Source: an uncultured Ramlibacter sp. (lineage in GTDB: Bacteria; Pseudomonadota; Gammaproteobacteria; Burkholderiales; Burkholderiaceae_C). Taken from it: 49,646 nt of DNA. The DNA lies in the NCBI GenBank assembly GCA_964620375.1, contig CAZUKC010000001.1:1-49646 (forward strand), read 5' to 3'. Below the pieces are notes generated by a model that ran no database searches, was not told the DNA's origin, and saw nothing but the letters and a program-made list of their open reading frames with translations. Position 1 is the stretch's first letter. Each line of letters starts with the position of its first letter. Below, piece by piece: positions 27,804 to 37,354 of this stretch. The translations under genes were made by a program, and so were the position numbers.

Positions 27804-29182
27804 TGCGCCGCCTCGGTGAAGGACGCGTCGGGTTTGACACTGCGAAGCAGGGCCAGCATCTCGCCCTCAATGCGGTGCAGGGCTTCGGGGGTGTGACCCT
27901 CGAAGCGCAGCACCAGCACGGGGGTGGTGTTGGAGGCGCGGATCAGGCCGAAGCCGTCGGGCCAGTCCACCCGCACACCGTCGATCGTGGAGACCTCGGC
28001 TGGCGCGGCAAAGCGCGCGCTGGCGACCAGTCGATCGACCAGGACGTGCGGCTCGCCCTCGGCGCAGCGCACATTGAGCTCGGGTGTGGAATAGCTGGTG
28101 GGCAGGGCCTCCAGAACGGCGCCGGGATCCGCACTGCGCGAGAGGATCTCGAGCAGACGCGCCGCGGCATAGGTACCGTCGTCAAACCCGTACCAGCGCT
28201 CCTTGAAGAAGATGTGGCCGCTCATCTCGCCGCCCAGGGGGGAGTCGACCTCTTTCATGCGGGCCTTGATCAGGGAGTGGCCGGTCTTGAACATCATCGG
28301 CACACCGCCCGCCTCGCGAATGGCAGGCGCCAGGCGCTGCGAGCACTTGACGTCAAAGACGATGGTGCCACCCGGCACGCGCGAGAGCACGTCGCGGGCG
28401 AACAGCATCATCTGGCGGTCGGGGTAGATGGTGTGACCTGCGGGGGTGACGATGCCCAGGCGGTCGCCGTCGCCGTCGAAGGCCAGGCCCAGTTCGGCGC
28501 CGGTGGATTGCAGGGCGGCGATGAGATCGCGCAGGTTCTCGGGTTTGCTCGGGTCGGGGTGGTGGTGGGGGAAGTTGCCGTCCACCTCGGAATAGAGCTC
28601 GGTGACCTCGCAGCCCAGCGCACGCAGGATGGCGGGGGCCGAGGCGCCGGCCACGCCGTTACCGCAGTCGACGACGACGCGCATCGGGCGCGCGAGCTTC
28701 ACGTCCGCGGTGATACGGTCCCGATACGGCATCAACACGTTGACGTTGCGCACGCGCCCCGGTGTGGCCGCGGGTGTGGTCCCCTCCTGCATCGCGCGGC
28801 GCAGGGCCTGGATCTCCTCGCCGTGGATGGCGCGGCCGGCCAGGACCATCTTGAAGCCGTTGTAGTCGCGCGGATTGTGGCTGCCCGTGACCTGGATGCC
28901 GCTGGTGCACAGGGTGCTGGCGGCGAAGTACAGCATGGGGGTGGTGGCCAGGCCGATATCGATCACGTCGACACCGCTGGCCAGCAGGCCGCGCACCAGG
29001 GCCGCGCCGAGGGACGGGCCGCTCAGGCGTCCGTCTCGGCCCACGGCCACGGTGCGCTCACCCGCGCGCAGGGCCGCGGCGCCGAAGGCCAGGCCCAGGG
29101 CCTGGGCCACGTCCTCGTTCAGGGTGGACGGCACGATGCCGCGGATGTCGTAGGCCTTGAAGATGGAGGGGGAGAGGTTCAT
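27800..29182 (-). CDS. Phosphomannomutase/phosphoglucomutase (AlgC-type)
   Basis: FKAYDIRG, TGSHNP, FDGDGDR, GEMSGH, RASNTTP. Confidence 0.96.
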   Translation of the reverse strand: MNLSPSIFKAYDIRGIVPSTLNEDVAQALGLAFGAAALRAGERTVAVGRDGRLSGPSLGAALVRGLLASGVDVIDIGLATTPMLYFAASTLCTSGIQVTGSHNPRDYNGFKMVLAGRAIHGEEIQALRRAMQEGTTPAATPGRVRNVNVLMPYRDRITADVKLARPMRVVVDCGNGVAGASAPAILRALGCEVTELYSEVDGNFPHHHPDPSKPENLRDLIAALQSTGAELGLAFDGDGDRLGIVTPAGHTIYPDRQMMLFARDVLSRVPGGTIVFDVKCSQRLAPAIREAGGVPMMFKTGHSLIKARMKEVDSPLGGEMSGHIFFKERWYGFDDGTYAAARLLEILSRSADPGAVLEALPTSYSTPELNVRCAEGEPHVLVDRLVASARFAAPAEVSTIDGVRVDWPDGFGLIRASNTTPVLVLRFEGHTPEALHRIEGEMLALLRSVKPDASFTEAAH

Positions 29183-29319
29183 GGGCGTTCAGAGAATCTG
29201 CAGGCCGCGCGCCGGGGCGGGCCAAGCGCACGGGCCACGCGCATTGTGGCAGGGACGCGGCGGACCCGCGCCGGGTGGAAACAGGCGGTCACCCAGCCAG
29301 CCGTGCGTATGATCCGCCC

Positions 29320-29829
29320 ATGCCCACCCCACGCTCTACGCGAACGCTGGTCGCCGCCACGCACGACAGCCCCCTGGGCCCGCTCCTGCTGGCGGCCAGT
29401 GCGCAGGGGCTGGCGGGGCTATGGTTCAAGGGACAACGCCACTGGCCGCAAGGCGCAGAGGCTTGGCCCGGACAGCCCGCGCACCCGGTGCTGGCGCAGG
29501 CGCGCCGCCAGCTGGACGATTACTTCGCGGGCCGGCGTACTGCCTTCGAACTGCCGCTGGACCTGGACGGGGGCACCGATTTTCAGGGCCGGGTGTGGCG
29601 GGCGCTGCGCGCCATTCCCGCGGGCCTGACGGAAAGCTATGGCGCGCTAGCCACCCGTATCGGGGCACCGCGCGCGGTGCGTGCCGTGGGCGCTGCGGTG
29701 GGGCGCAACCCCCTGAGCATCGTCATTCCCTGCCACCGGGTGGTGGGCGCCGCCGGCGACCTCACCGGCTATGCGGGCGGACTGGCGCGCAAGACCTCGC
29801 TGCTGCGGCTGGAAGGCGCGCTGGCCTGA
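29320..29829 (+). CDS. ogt: Methylated-DNA--protein-cysteine methyltransferase
   Basis: GTDFQGRVW, RAVGAAVGRNP, IPCHRVV, GYAGGL. Confidence 0.94.
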   Translation: MPTPRSTRTLVAATHDSPLGPLLLAASAQGLAGLWFKGQRHWPQGAEAWPGQPAHPVLAQARRQLDDYFAGRRTAFELPLDLDGGTDFQGRVWRALRAIPAGLTESYGALATRIGAPRAVRAVGAAVGRNPLSIVIPCHRVVGAAGDLTGYAGGLARKTSLLRLEGALA

Positions 29830-29836
29830 ACGCTGC

Positions 29837-30742
29837 ATGCCGCTGAAGGACGCGATCGACTTTCTGGTCCTGACCGCCATCTGGGGCGCGTCGTTCCTGT
29901 TCATGCAGCAGGCGGTGCCGGAGATGGGCGTGATGGCTACCGCCGCCCTGCGCGTGCTGATCGCCGCGCTGTTCCTGCTGCCCCTGGTGGCGCGCCGCGG
30001 CCTGATGGGGCAACTGCGCCAGCACTGGCGCGCCACGTTCCTGGTGGGCGTGTTCAATTCGGGCATCCCCTTCGCGCTGTACGCCTTCGCGGTGCAGCAG
30101 CTGGATACGGGCCTGACCTCCATCCTGAATGCGACGACGCCGATGTTCGGCGCCATCGTGGCCTGGATCTGGCTGAGGGACCGACCCACGGGGTCGCGCG
30201 TGGCGGGACTGGTGATCGGGTTCGTGGGCGTAGCGCTGCTGGCGGGCGGCGGTGCGGGCATCCGCGTGGGGGCCGACGCCTCGCTGGCGGCCTGGTCGGT
30301 CACCGCTTGCCTGGCCGCGTGCCTGTGCTATGGCATTGCGGCCAGCTTCACCAAACGTCACCTGGGTGGCATCCCCTCGCTGGTGACAGCCACCGGCAGC
30401 CAGATCGGCGCGACCCTGGCCCTGGCCCTGCCCGCGTGGTGGGACCGGCCTGCGCAGATGCCGGGCCCACAGGCCTGGGTGGCGATCACGGTGCTGGGCG
30501 TTGCTTGTAGCGGCGTGGCCTACGTCCTGTATTTCCGGCTGATCGAACGTTCCGGCACGGCGCGCGCGCTGGCGGTGACCTTCGTGATCCCGCTGGCGGC
30601 CATGAGCTATGGCGTTGTCTTCCTGTCCGAGGCGCTGACCGCGTGGATGGTGGGCTGCGGCGCCGTGATCCTTCTGGGCACCGCCCTGGCGACCGGGGCG
30701 TTGTCGCTGCCGTCGCAGGCACAGGACAAGCCCGCGCGCTAA
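29837..30742 (+). CDS. DMT/EamA family transporter
   Basis: About 10 TM helices; IWGASFLF, LNATTP. Confidence 0.92.
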   Translation: MPLKDAIDFLVLTAIWGASFLFMQQAVPEMGVMATAALRVLIAALFLLPLVARRGLMGQLRQHWRATFLVGVFNSGIPFALYAFAVQQLDTGLTSILNATTPMFGAIVAWIWLRDRPTGSRVAGLVIGFVGVALLAGGGAGIRVGADASLAAWSVTACLAACLCYGIAASFTKRHLGGIPSLVTATGSQIGATLALALPAWWDRPAQMPGPQAWVAITVLGVACSGVAYVLYFRLIERSGTARALAVTFVIPLAAMSYGVVFLSEALTAWMVGCGAVILLGTALATGALSLPSQAQDKPAR

Positions 30743-30854
30743 ACCCGCCACTCCTGGCCTGAAGGAGCCATCGCCCGTCGGCGTTCTCCGACGCCCAAGC
30801 TCGAGCGCCACTTCGAGAATCCGCCCTGACTTCACTGCCAGGAGGATGTAGGCC

Positions 30855-31202
30855 ATGCACGCTCGACTTGCCGCGACACTGATCTGCCTGTGCGCAAGTG
30901 CGATGCCGGCACTGGCAGCCGGCGCGCCGCCCGACCCCCGGGACCCAGCGCCGGCGCGCACCGCGCCGACCCCCGCGCGTGAAACCCGCGAGACACGTGA
31001 CACGCGCGCGCCACGCGATGCACGCGAGCGGCCTGACCCGAACCTGCGGCTCGCCGCGCAGCCCGCCGCCGACCCGCAGCCACCGCGGCAAGCCCCACCC
31101 CCGCCTGGCGATGCCGCGCCCCCCGAACGGGGCCTGCTTCTGGCGGGGATCGCGCTGATGGTGGGTATTGCCCTGCGCCGTCTGGGTTCGGGAGCGCCAT
31201 GA
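30855..31202 (+). CDS. Small secreted Pro/Arg-rich protein with PEP-CTERM-like C-terminal anchor
   Basis: SD AGGAGG, signal peptide (ALA-A), low-complexity middle, and C-terminal PPE-RGLLLAGIALMVGIAL-RR. ATGA overlap with the flippase. Confidence 0.68.
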   Translation: MHARLAATLICLCASAMPALAAGAPPDPRDPAPARTAPTPARETRETRDTRAPRDARERPDPNLRLAAQPAADPQPPRQAPPPPGDAAPPERGLLLAGIALMVGIALRRLGSGAP

Positions 31203-32734
31203 GCGAGCGGGCCGCCCTGTCCGCCCGCGTACGCCGCGCCGCGACCTGGAGCGCGCTGACAACTGCGGCGCGCTTCGCGTTGCAACTGGGCGCGCAGGTC
31301 ACGCTGGCGCGCCTGCTCGGTCCCGGACCCTACGGCCTCTACGGCATCGGCATCGCGGTGCTGACCTTCGCCACCTTCCTGGCCGGCACCGGCTTCAGCT
31401 ACAGCTTGCTGCTGCAGGCGCAGGTCGGCGCCGCGGACATCCGGTTCGCGTTTACCTGGCAGCTGCTGGCGGGCATGGTCTGCGCGCTGGCCATGCTGCT
31501 GCTGGCGCCGGTGCTGGCAGGCTGGCTGCGCGAGCCGGGCGTGACTCGCGTGGTGTACTGGCTGGCGCTGGCCTGCGTGCTGACCGCCGCCAGCGGCACG
31601 GCACTGTGCCTGCTACAGCGCGCACTGGATTTCCGCGCCCTCGGGCTGATCCAGCTGGGTGCCTATGCCATCGGCTACCTCGGTGCTGGCGTGCCGCTGG
31701 CACTGGCCGGCTGGGGCGCCAGCGCGCTGGCCGTGGCGTGCGTGGTGCAGGCCGCGGTGGTGCTGATCGCCTGCGCATGGCGTCAGCCGCATCCGGTGCG
31801 CCCGTTGCTGCGGCCAGCCGCCAGCAGCCAGGCGCTGGGCACGGGCCGCACGGTTTTTCTCACCAACCTGGTGAACTGGCTCCTGGGCAATCTGGACCGG
31901 CTGGTGATCGCCCGCGTGCTGCACGTGCACGCGGTCGGCCTGTACACGCTGGCATGGAACCTGGCGCAGATTCCGGTCACGCTGCTGGTGGGCGCACTGC
32001 AGCCCACCTTCCTCTCGGCGGGCGCGCAGCTCGCCGGCGAGCGGCCCCGTCTGGCGCAGGCTTGGCTGCGGGTACTGGCCTGCGTGCTCGTGCTGGTGCT
32101 GCCGGCGGCGGTCTCGCTGGCCCTGGTGGCACCGGACCTGGTGACGGTGATGTACGGGCCGCGCTGGGAAGCCGCAGCGCCTGTGCTGGCGATCCTGTTC
32201 CTGTGCCTGCCGGCCTGGGCCGCCTGGGGGGTGTCCACGCCGGTGCTGTGGAATACCGGACGCGCCGGCCAAGAGGCCGGCCTGCAGTGGCCGCTGCTGA
32301 TGCTCGCAGTGCCGGCCTGGTGGCTGCTGGCGCCCGCGGGGTTGACGGTGGCCGCGGCGGTGTCGCTGCTGGCCATCCACACGCGGGCGCTGCTGATCGT
32401 CGGCGCCTGCCTGCGCGCGCTGAACCTGCCCGCACGCCGCCTGCTGCCGCTGCTGGCCCGCGGCGTCGGGCTCGCGATGGCCTGTGCACTGGCCACCTGG
32501 GGCGGGCAGATCGGGGCACGATGGGCCGCAGACCTGATGCAGTGGCCCCCGTTCTGGCAGGCCGCCTCCTCGCTGGGGGTTGGCAGTGCCGCCGGCCTAG
32601 GCGCGGGGCTGCTGGTGGCCTGGACCCTGCCGAGCCTGTTGGGGGAAGACGCGCGCGAACTCCTGGCGCGGGTCTTGCCGCTGGGACTGACGACCCGGCC
32701 GGCGCGGCCCGCCACGGCGGCGGGGGACGCATGA
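31199..32734 (+). CDS. wzx: Wzx-type polysaccharide flippase (PST family)
   Basis: LARLLGPGPYG, LQRALDFR, NLDRLVIAR...VGLYTLA; more than 12 TM segments. Confidence 0.88.
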   Translation: MSERAALSARVRRAATWSALTTAARFALQLGAQVTLARLLGPGPYGLYGIGIAVLTFATFLAGTGFSYSLLLQAQVGAADIRFAFTWQLLAGMVCALAMLLLAPVLAGWLREPGVTRVVYWLALACVLTAASGTALCLLQRALDFRALGLIQLGAYAIGYLGAGVPLALAGWGASALAVACVVQAAVVLIACAWRQPHPVRPLLRPAASSQALGTGRTVFLTNLVNWLLGNLDRLVIARVLHVHAVGLYTLAWNLAQIPVTLLVGALQPTFLSAGAQLAGERPRLAQAWLRVLACVLVLVLPAAVSLALVAPDLVTVMYGPRWEAAAPVLAILFLCLPAWAAWGVSTPVLWNTGRAGQEAGLQWPLLMLAVPAWWLLAPAGLTVAAAVSLLAIHTRALLIVGACLRALNLPARRLLPLLARGVGLAMACALATWGGQIGARWAADLMQWPPFWQAASSLGVGSAAGLGAGLLVAWTLPSLLGEDARELLARVLPLGLTTRPARPATAAGDA

Positions 32735-34065
32735 AGACGCCCACCACCGGTCTGCTGCACTGGGCCTTTCCGGCCATGCTGCTGGTGGGCGCGGTGCACG
32801 TGGCCACTGGCGGGCGTGACCTCACGCAGAGTTTTGCGGATCTGCAAGTCCTGGCCGAGCCCATGCAGTGGCCCGCGGCGGTGTGGCTGCAGCGCGCGGT
32901 GTCGCTGCTGCTGCTGGTCGCCGCGCTGGAGCAGGTCACCCACCATGTGGCCCTGCAGCACCGCACGCCCTCGCCGGCGCTACTCGCAGGCTTCCTCGTC
33001 TTCTGGGCGGGCACCATCGGTGCACCGGCTCTGTTCGGCGCCCATCCCAGGATCAGCCACGAGCTGCTGTACGCGCTGGCCATGGGCACGGCCTCGTGCC
33101 TGGTGAGTCCTGCCGAGCGCGAGCGCATCCTGAACGCAGCGCGCGATGCGCTCCTGGTGCTGATGCTGGCCGGTCTGGCCGCCATCGCCGTGCGGCCGAC
33201 CCTGGTGCTGGACCCCAGCTACGACGCGGGCCTGCTGGGGGACCTGCCCCGTTTTGCGGGCCTGACCGCGCACCCGGTGACGCAGGGGTCGCTGGCGCAG
33301 ATCGCGACCCTGCTGCTGTGGGCCTTTCCCTACCCGCGACGCGGGGTGAACCGCGCGGCGTGGGCAGTGACCTTGGCGGTGTTGCTGCTGGCGCAGTCCA
33401 AGGCGGCCTGGATCGCCTTCGCGTCCTGCCTTGCCGTCATGGCCGCCATCCGGCATGGCCCTGCGCTGTGGCGGCGTATGGGTGACCCGCGCAGCAGCGC
33501 GCTGGGTCTTGCGGTGCTGGGCGCCTTCAGCCTGATGGTCGTGGTGATAGCCGCGGGCCTGGTCCTGGGCGATGCGGCCGGCCAGCTGGGCCTGTTTCTG
33601 GCAAGTCCCGAGGGCGCGCAACTGGCGACGATGACAGGGCGCGACCGCATCTGGGTGATCGCCGCTCAGGAATGGCACAACCACCCCGTCTTCGGCTACG
33701 GACTGTCACTGTGGGATCCGCTCTATCGCGCGCAGATCAACCTGCCCCATGCGACCCACGCGCATAACCAGTTCATGGACGACGCAGCGCGCGCGGGCAG
33801 CGTCGGGGCTGCGGCCCTGGTGGCGTATGCGCTGGTGCTGGCGGTGCTGTCGGTGCGGCACGCCCGGGCGACTGCCGGCCTGTCCCTCGCGCTGTTCCTG
33901 TCGCTGATGCTGCGCGCGGTCAGCGAGGTTCCCCTGACCCTCTTGGGCTATGGCAGCGAACTGTTCGTGCATCTGGTGCTGCTGGTGACGCTGGCAGGCG
34001 CAGCGGCCCAGGAGCCGGCACCGGCCTCGCATGCCGCGACGCTGCGCTACGGAGTCGTGCGATGA
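32731..34065 (+). CDS. Wzy polymerase/O-antigen ligase family protein
   Basis: Polytopic; QSKAAW, TGRDRIW, HPVFGYG, HAHNQF. ATGA overlap; the true start is inside the longer ORF-track frame. Confidence 0.87.
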   Translation: MKTPTTGLLHWAFPAMLLVGAVHVATGGRDLTQSFADLQVLAEPMQWPAAVWLQRAVSLLLLVAALEQVTHHVALQHRTPSPALLAGFLVFWAGTIGAPALFGAHPRISHELLYALAMGTASCLVSPAERERILNAARDALLVLMLAGLAAIAVRPTLVLDPSYDAGLLGDLPRFAGLTAHPVTQGSLAQIATLLLWAFPYPRRGVNRAAWAVTLAVLLLAQSKAAWIAFASCLAVMAAIRHGPALWRRMGDPRSSALGLAVLGAFSLMVVVIAAGLVLGDAAGQLGLFLASPEGAQLATMTGRDRIWVIAAQEWHNHPVFGYGLSLWDPLYRAQINLPHATHAHNQFMDDAARAGSVGAAALVAYALVLAVLSVRHARATAGLSLALFLSLMLRAVSEVPLTLLGYGSELFVHLVLLVTLAGAAAQEPAPASHAATLRYGVVR

Positions 34066-35033
34066 CCCTGCGGTTTTCCGTCGTCATTCCCCTGTACAAC
34101 AAGGCCCGCTTCATCGCGGCGACCGTGGCCTCGGCCCTGAACCAGACCCTGTCACCCCTGGAGGTGATCGTGATCGACGACGGCTCCAGCGACGGCAGCC
34201 TGCGGTCGCTGGCGGGGCTGCAGGACGATCGGCTGCGGCTGGTCCGCCAGACCAACGCCGGCGTGTCGGCGGCCCGCAACCGCGGCATCGACCTGGCCCG
34301 CGGCGACTGGGTGGCGCTGCTCGATGCGGATGACGCCTACCACCCGCAGTTCCTGCAGGCACTGGCACGCGCACACCATCTGTGCCCCGAGGCCGACATG
34401 CTGGGAACTCGCTTTCGCATCGTGCGCGAGCCCACCGGGCGGTCCATGCACCCCTGGCCTGTGCCCCAGGGCTTCTGCGAAGTCGAGCTGATCGAGGACC
34501 TGCGCCTGCGCTGGATGAAGAATGCGCCCCTGTGCAGCAGCAGCGTGGCGATCCGCGCCGAGCGCCTGCGTGGGATGAAACCCCGCTTTGTCGAGGGCGA
34601 GTCCTGGGGCGAAGACCTGGACATGTGGTTTCGCATCGCCGACCAGACCCCGGTGGCCCTGGTCAACGCGCCTTACGCCACGGTGCGCACCGACGTGCCG
34701 GGCAGCCTCACCGCCAGCTACCGCCGCCGCTTCGCGCCTTACCTCGCACGCATGCAGGCGCAGGCCCTGGACGGAACGCTGGCGGCAAATCGTCGCGACT
34801 CGGCGCTGTGGTTCGTCGCGCAACAGCAGGTCACCCTGGCACGCGAGGCCTTGGTCGCCGGCGAGCGGGTGCTGGCCCTGTCCTGGCTGATGCAGGCGCG
34901 CCGGGGCGCCCGCAGCCGCCGCTGGCAGATCACGCTGGCGATGGCCCTGTTCATGCCGGTGCGACTGGCCGACCGCTGGCAACGCTGGCGCCTGCGCAGC
35001 TCGGAGGCGTACGCGCGGGAGGCTTGGCGGTGA
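34062..35033 (+). CDS. Glycosyltransferase family 2
   Basis: SVVIPLYN, IDDGSSD, NAGVSAARNRG, LDADD, GEDLDMW. Confidence 0.94.
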   Translation: MTLRFSVVIPLYNKARFIAATVASALNQTLSPLEVIVIDDGSSDGSLRSLAGLQDDRLRLVRQTNAGVSAARNRGIDLARGDWVALLDADDAYHPQFLQALARAHHLCPEADMLGTRFRIVREPTGRSMHPWPVPQGFCEVELIEDLRLRWMKNAPLCSSSVAIRAERLRGMKPRFVEGESWGEDLDMWFRIADQTPVALVNAPYATVRTDVPGSLTASYRRRFAPYLARMQAQALDGTLAANRRDSALWFVAQQQVTLAREALVAGERVLALSWLMQARRGARSRRWQITLAMALFMPVRLADRWQRWRLRSSEAYAREAWR

Positions 35034-36157
35034 AGACGGCACAGGGCCCCGGGTCACGTCCCGCGGGCTGTACGGTCTCGGTGATCATCAAGGCACTGAA
35101 CGAGCAGGCGCACATCGCGGCCGCCATCGAGAGCGCGCTGGCGGCCGTGACCGGCCTGGACGGCGAGGTCATCCTGGCGGACTCGGGCTCCACCGACAGG
35201 ACCCTGGCGATCGCCGGCGACTACCCGATCCGGATCGTGCAGCTGCTGGACGCGCGCGAGCGCAGCTGCGGCATCGGACCGCAACTGGGTTTCCAGCACT
35301 CGCAGGGCGAGTACCTGTACCTGATGGACGGCGACATGCAGCTGCAGGCCGGCTTCCTGCCGCGGGCCTTGAGCTTTCTCGCGCAACATCCCGAGGTGGC
35401 TGGCGTGGGGGGCCGGCTGATCGAGCGTAACCAGAGCAGCCTGGAGTACCGAGAGCGCCTGCATCGCATGACATACGAGGAGCCGCATCGTGTGCCCGGC
35501 GCGGTTGATCGCCTGGACGGGGGTGCGCTGTACCGGCGACGCGCCATCGCCCAGGTGGGCTACCTGTCCGATCGCAACCTGCACAGTTACGAGGAGTTCG
35601 ACCTCGCCGCCCGCCTGCGCGCACGCGGCTGGAAGCTGTGGCGGCTGCCGGTGGATGCGGTCAGCCACCACGGGCACACCACGCCCGCGCTGCGGCTGCT
35701 GTGGCGACGCTGGCAGACCGGCTACGCCTGCGGCAGCGGGGAGCTGCTGCGGGCGGCCCTGGGGCGCCCCTGGGGGCGACTGGTGCTGCGTGACCTGCAC
35801 GAACTGCGTCTGTACGGCGCGGTGCTGGCGGGCTGGATCATGCTGGCGGTGGCGCTGCTCTCGCCCCTGACCTGGACACAGCGCGCCGCGCTGGTCGCGA
35901 GCCTGCTGCTGCTGCCGCTGGCGGGGATGACGGTGCGCAAGCGCTCCCTGACCCGCGCCGTGTACGCGGTGCTGTCCTGGAACGTGCAGGCCGCAGGCCT
36001 GGTGCGTGGATTCGCACGCGGGCGCCGGCCACCCCAGCGCACCATCGCCAGTCGCGTCCTGCGCGAGCCGCACGAAGACCTGCGGTGCGACCCAGGCGTG
36101 CGCGCGGACGTCGCCGCCCCCACACGGCCCAACCCTCCATCAGCGCAAGCCACCTAA
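35030..36157 (+). CDS. Glycosyltransferase family 2 with C-terminal TM segments
   Basis: SVIIKALNE, ADSGSTDRT, MDGDM, YEEFDL. GTGA overlap. Confidence 0.9.
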   Translation: MKTAQGPGSRPAGCTVSVIIKALNEQAHIAAAIESALAAVTGLDGEVILADSGSTDRTLAIAGDYPIRIVQLLDARERSCGIGPQLGFQHSQGEYLYLMDGDMQLQAGFLPRALSFLAQHPEVAGVGGRLIERNQSSLEYRERLHRMTYEEPHRVPGAVDRLDGGALYRRRAIAQVGYLSDRNLHSYEEFDLAARLRARGWKLWRLPVDAVSHHGHTTPALRLLWRRWQTGYACGSGELLRAALGRPWGRLVLRDLHELRLYGAVLAGWIMLAVALLSPLTWTQRAALVASLLLLPLAGMTVRKRSLTRAVYAVLSWNVQAAGLVRGFARGRRPPQRTIASRVLREPHEDLRCDPGVRADVAAPTRPNPPSAQAT

Positions 36158-36169
36158 GCGGAGCCGACC

Positions 36170-37354
36170 ATGACACCCACCCCGGCGCACGCGCGCCGCT
36201 ACATCTACATCGCCTGCCCCTGGACGCCGGTGGGCGGGGGCATGTTCAAAGTCGCTGACTACCTGATCCAGTCGCAAGCCGCCGGCGGCGACGCGCCGTC
36301 CCACGGCGCACAGCTGCGGCCGCTGGACACCCGAGGCGCACGCGGCGCTGCCTGGTCGCTCGGGATCCTCGCGCTGGCACTGGGTCGCCTGGTGCGGGGG
36401 CGGTTGGACGGGCGTTTGGCCGGCGTGCACGTGAACATGGCCGAGCGCCTGAGCCTGGTGCGCAAGAGCGTGGTGGTGGCCACCTGCCACGCCCTGGGCG
36501 TGCCGGTCACGCTGCACCTGCACGCGGCGCAACTGCATCGGGCCTGGCCGTCCCTGCCGGCGCCGGGGCGCGCGCTGGTGCGATGGGTCTTTTCCCTGCC
36601 CGCCTGCTGCATCGTGCTCGGACGCGCGTCCGCGGAGTTCGTGCACCGCGAGCTGCAGGTGCCGACGCGTCGTATTGAAGTCGTGATCAACGGCGTGCCC
36701 GAGCCGACCCATCGCGCGCCGCCCGCGCGCGAGGCGGATGGCGATCCCTTGCGGCTGCTGTTCGTGGGGAACCTGTCAGCGCGCAAGGGTGTGCCCGAGC
36801 TGCTGCGGGCCCTGGCCCTGGCACCGCTGGCACAGCTGCCCCTGCAGCTGACCCTGGCCGGCGGAGGCGAACTGCAGGCGTTTCGTGCCATGGCCACCGC
36901 CATGGGGCTGGGCGAGCGGGTGCGCTTTGAGGGCTGGGCGCACCAGACCCGGGTGGCGCAGCTGATGTCCGAATCCGACCTGCTGGTGCTGCCCTCGCAC
37001 GACGAGGGCCTGCCGCTGGTGATCCTGGAGGCCCTGGCCTGCGGAGTGCCGGTGGTGTGCACCGCGGTGGGTGAAATCCCGCATGTTCTGCGCGACCGGG
37101 TGCACGCGCGCTTCGTCGTCCCAGGTGATGTGAATGGCCTGGCACGCACCCTGGCCAGCCTGCTGGCAGACCGCGCCCAGCGCGAGGCCCTGGCGCAGCA
37201 GGGGCGGTCTCTGTACGAGGCCGCCTTCTCGCTGCCGCGCTTCTTCGACCAGATCGCCGCCCTGCACGCGCGGCACTTCGGGATCGCGGGCTGTCGCGAG
37301 CCGCACACCACGGCCTCTCGTGCGTGGGATGTCCGCCAGGAGACCCCCGCATGA
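36170..37354 (+). CDS. Glycosyltransferase family 4
   Basis: VINGV, LFVGNLSARKG, LPSHDEGLPLVILEALACG. Confidence 0.93.
   Translation: MTPTPAHARRYIYIACPWTPVGGGMFKVADYLIQSQAAGGDAPSHGAQLRPLDTRGARGAAWSLGILALALGRLVRGRLDGRLAGVHVNMAERLSLVRKSVVVATCHALGVPVTLHLHAAQLHRAWPSLPAPGRALVRWVFSLPACCIVLGRASAEFVHRELQVPTRRIEVVINGVPEPTHRAPPAREADGDPLRLLFVGNLSARKGVPELLRALALAPLAQLPLQLTLAGGGELQAFRAMATAMGLGERVRFEGWAHQTRVAQLMSESDLLVLPSHDEGLPLVILEALACGVPVVCTAVGEIPHVLRDRVHARFVVPGDVNGLARTLASLLADRAQREALAQQGRSLYEAAFSLPRFFDQIAALHARHFGIAGCREPHTTASRAWDVRQETPA

Noticed and set aside
8805-29829. Damage-repair gene island (gloA, chaC, msrA, pcm, ogt)
   Set aside because: The genes are dispersed, in different orientations and interleaved with housekeeping genes, so the clustering may be chance.
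31168-34065. 965-aa ORF suggesting a fusion upstream of Wzy
   Set aside because: The first 521 codons are an off-frame read of the flippase. The real gene starts at ATG 32731. The same applies to the extended ORFs starting at 1598, 3930, 19295, 34382, 41334 and 48032.
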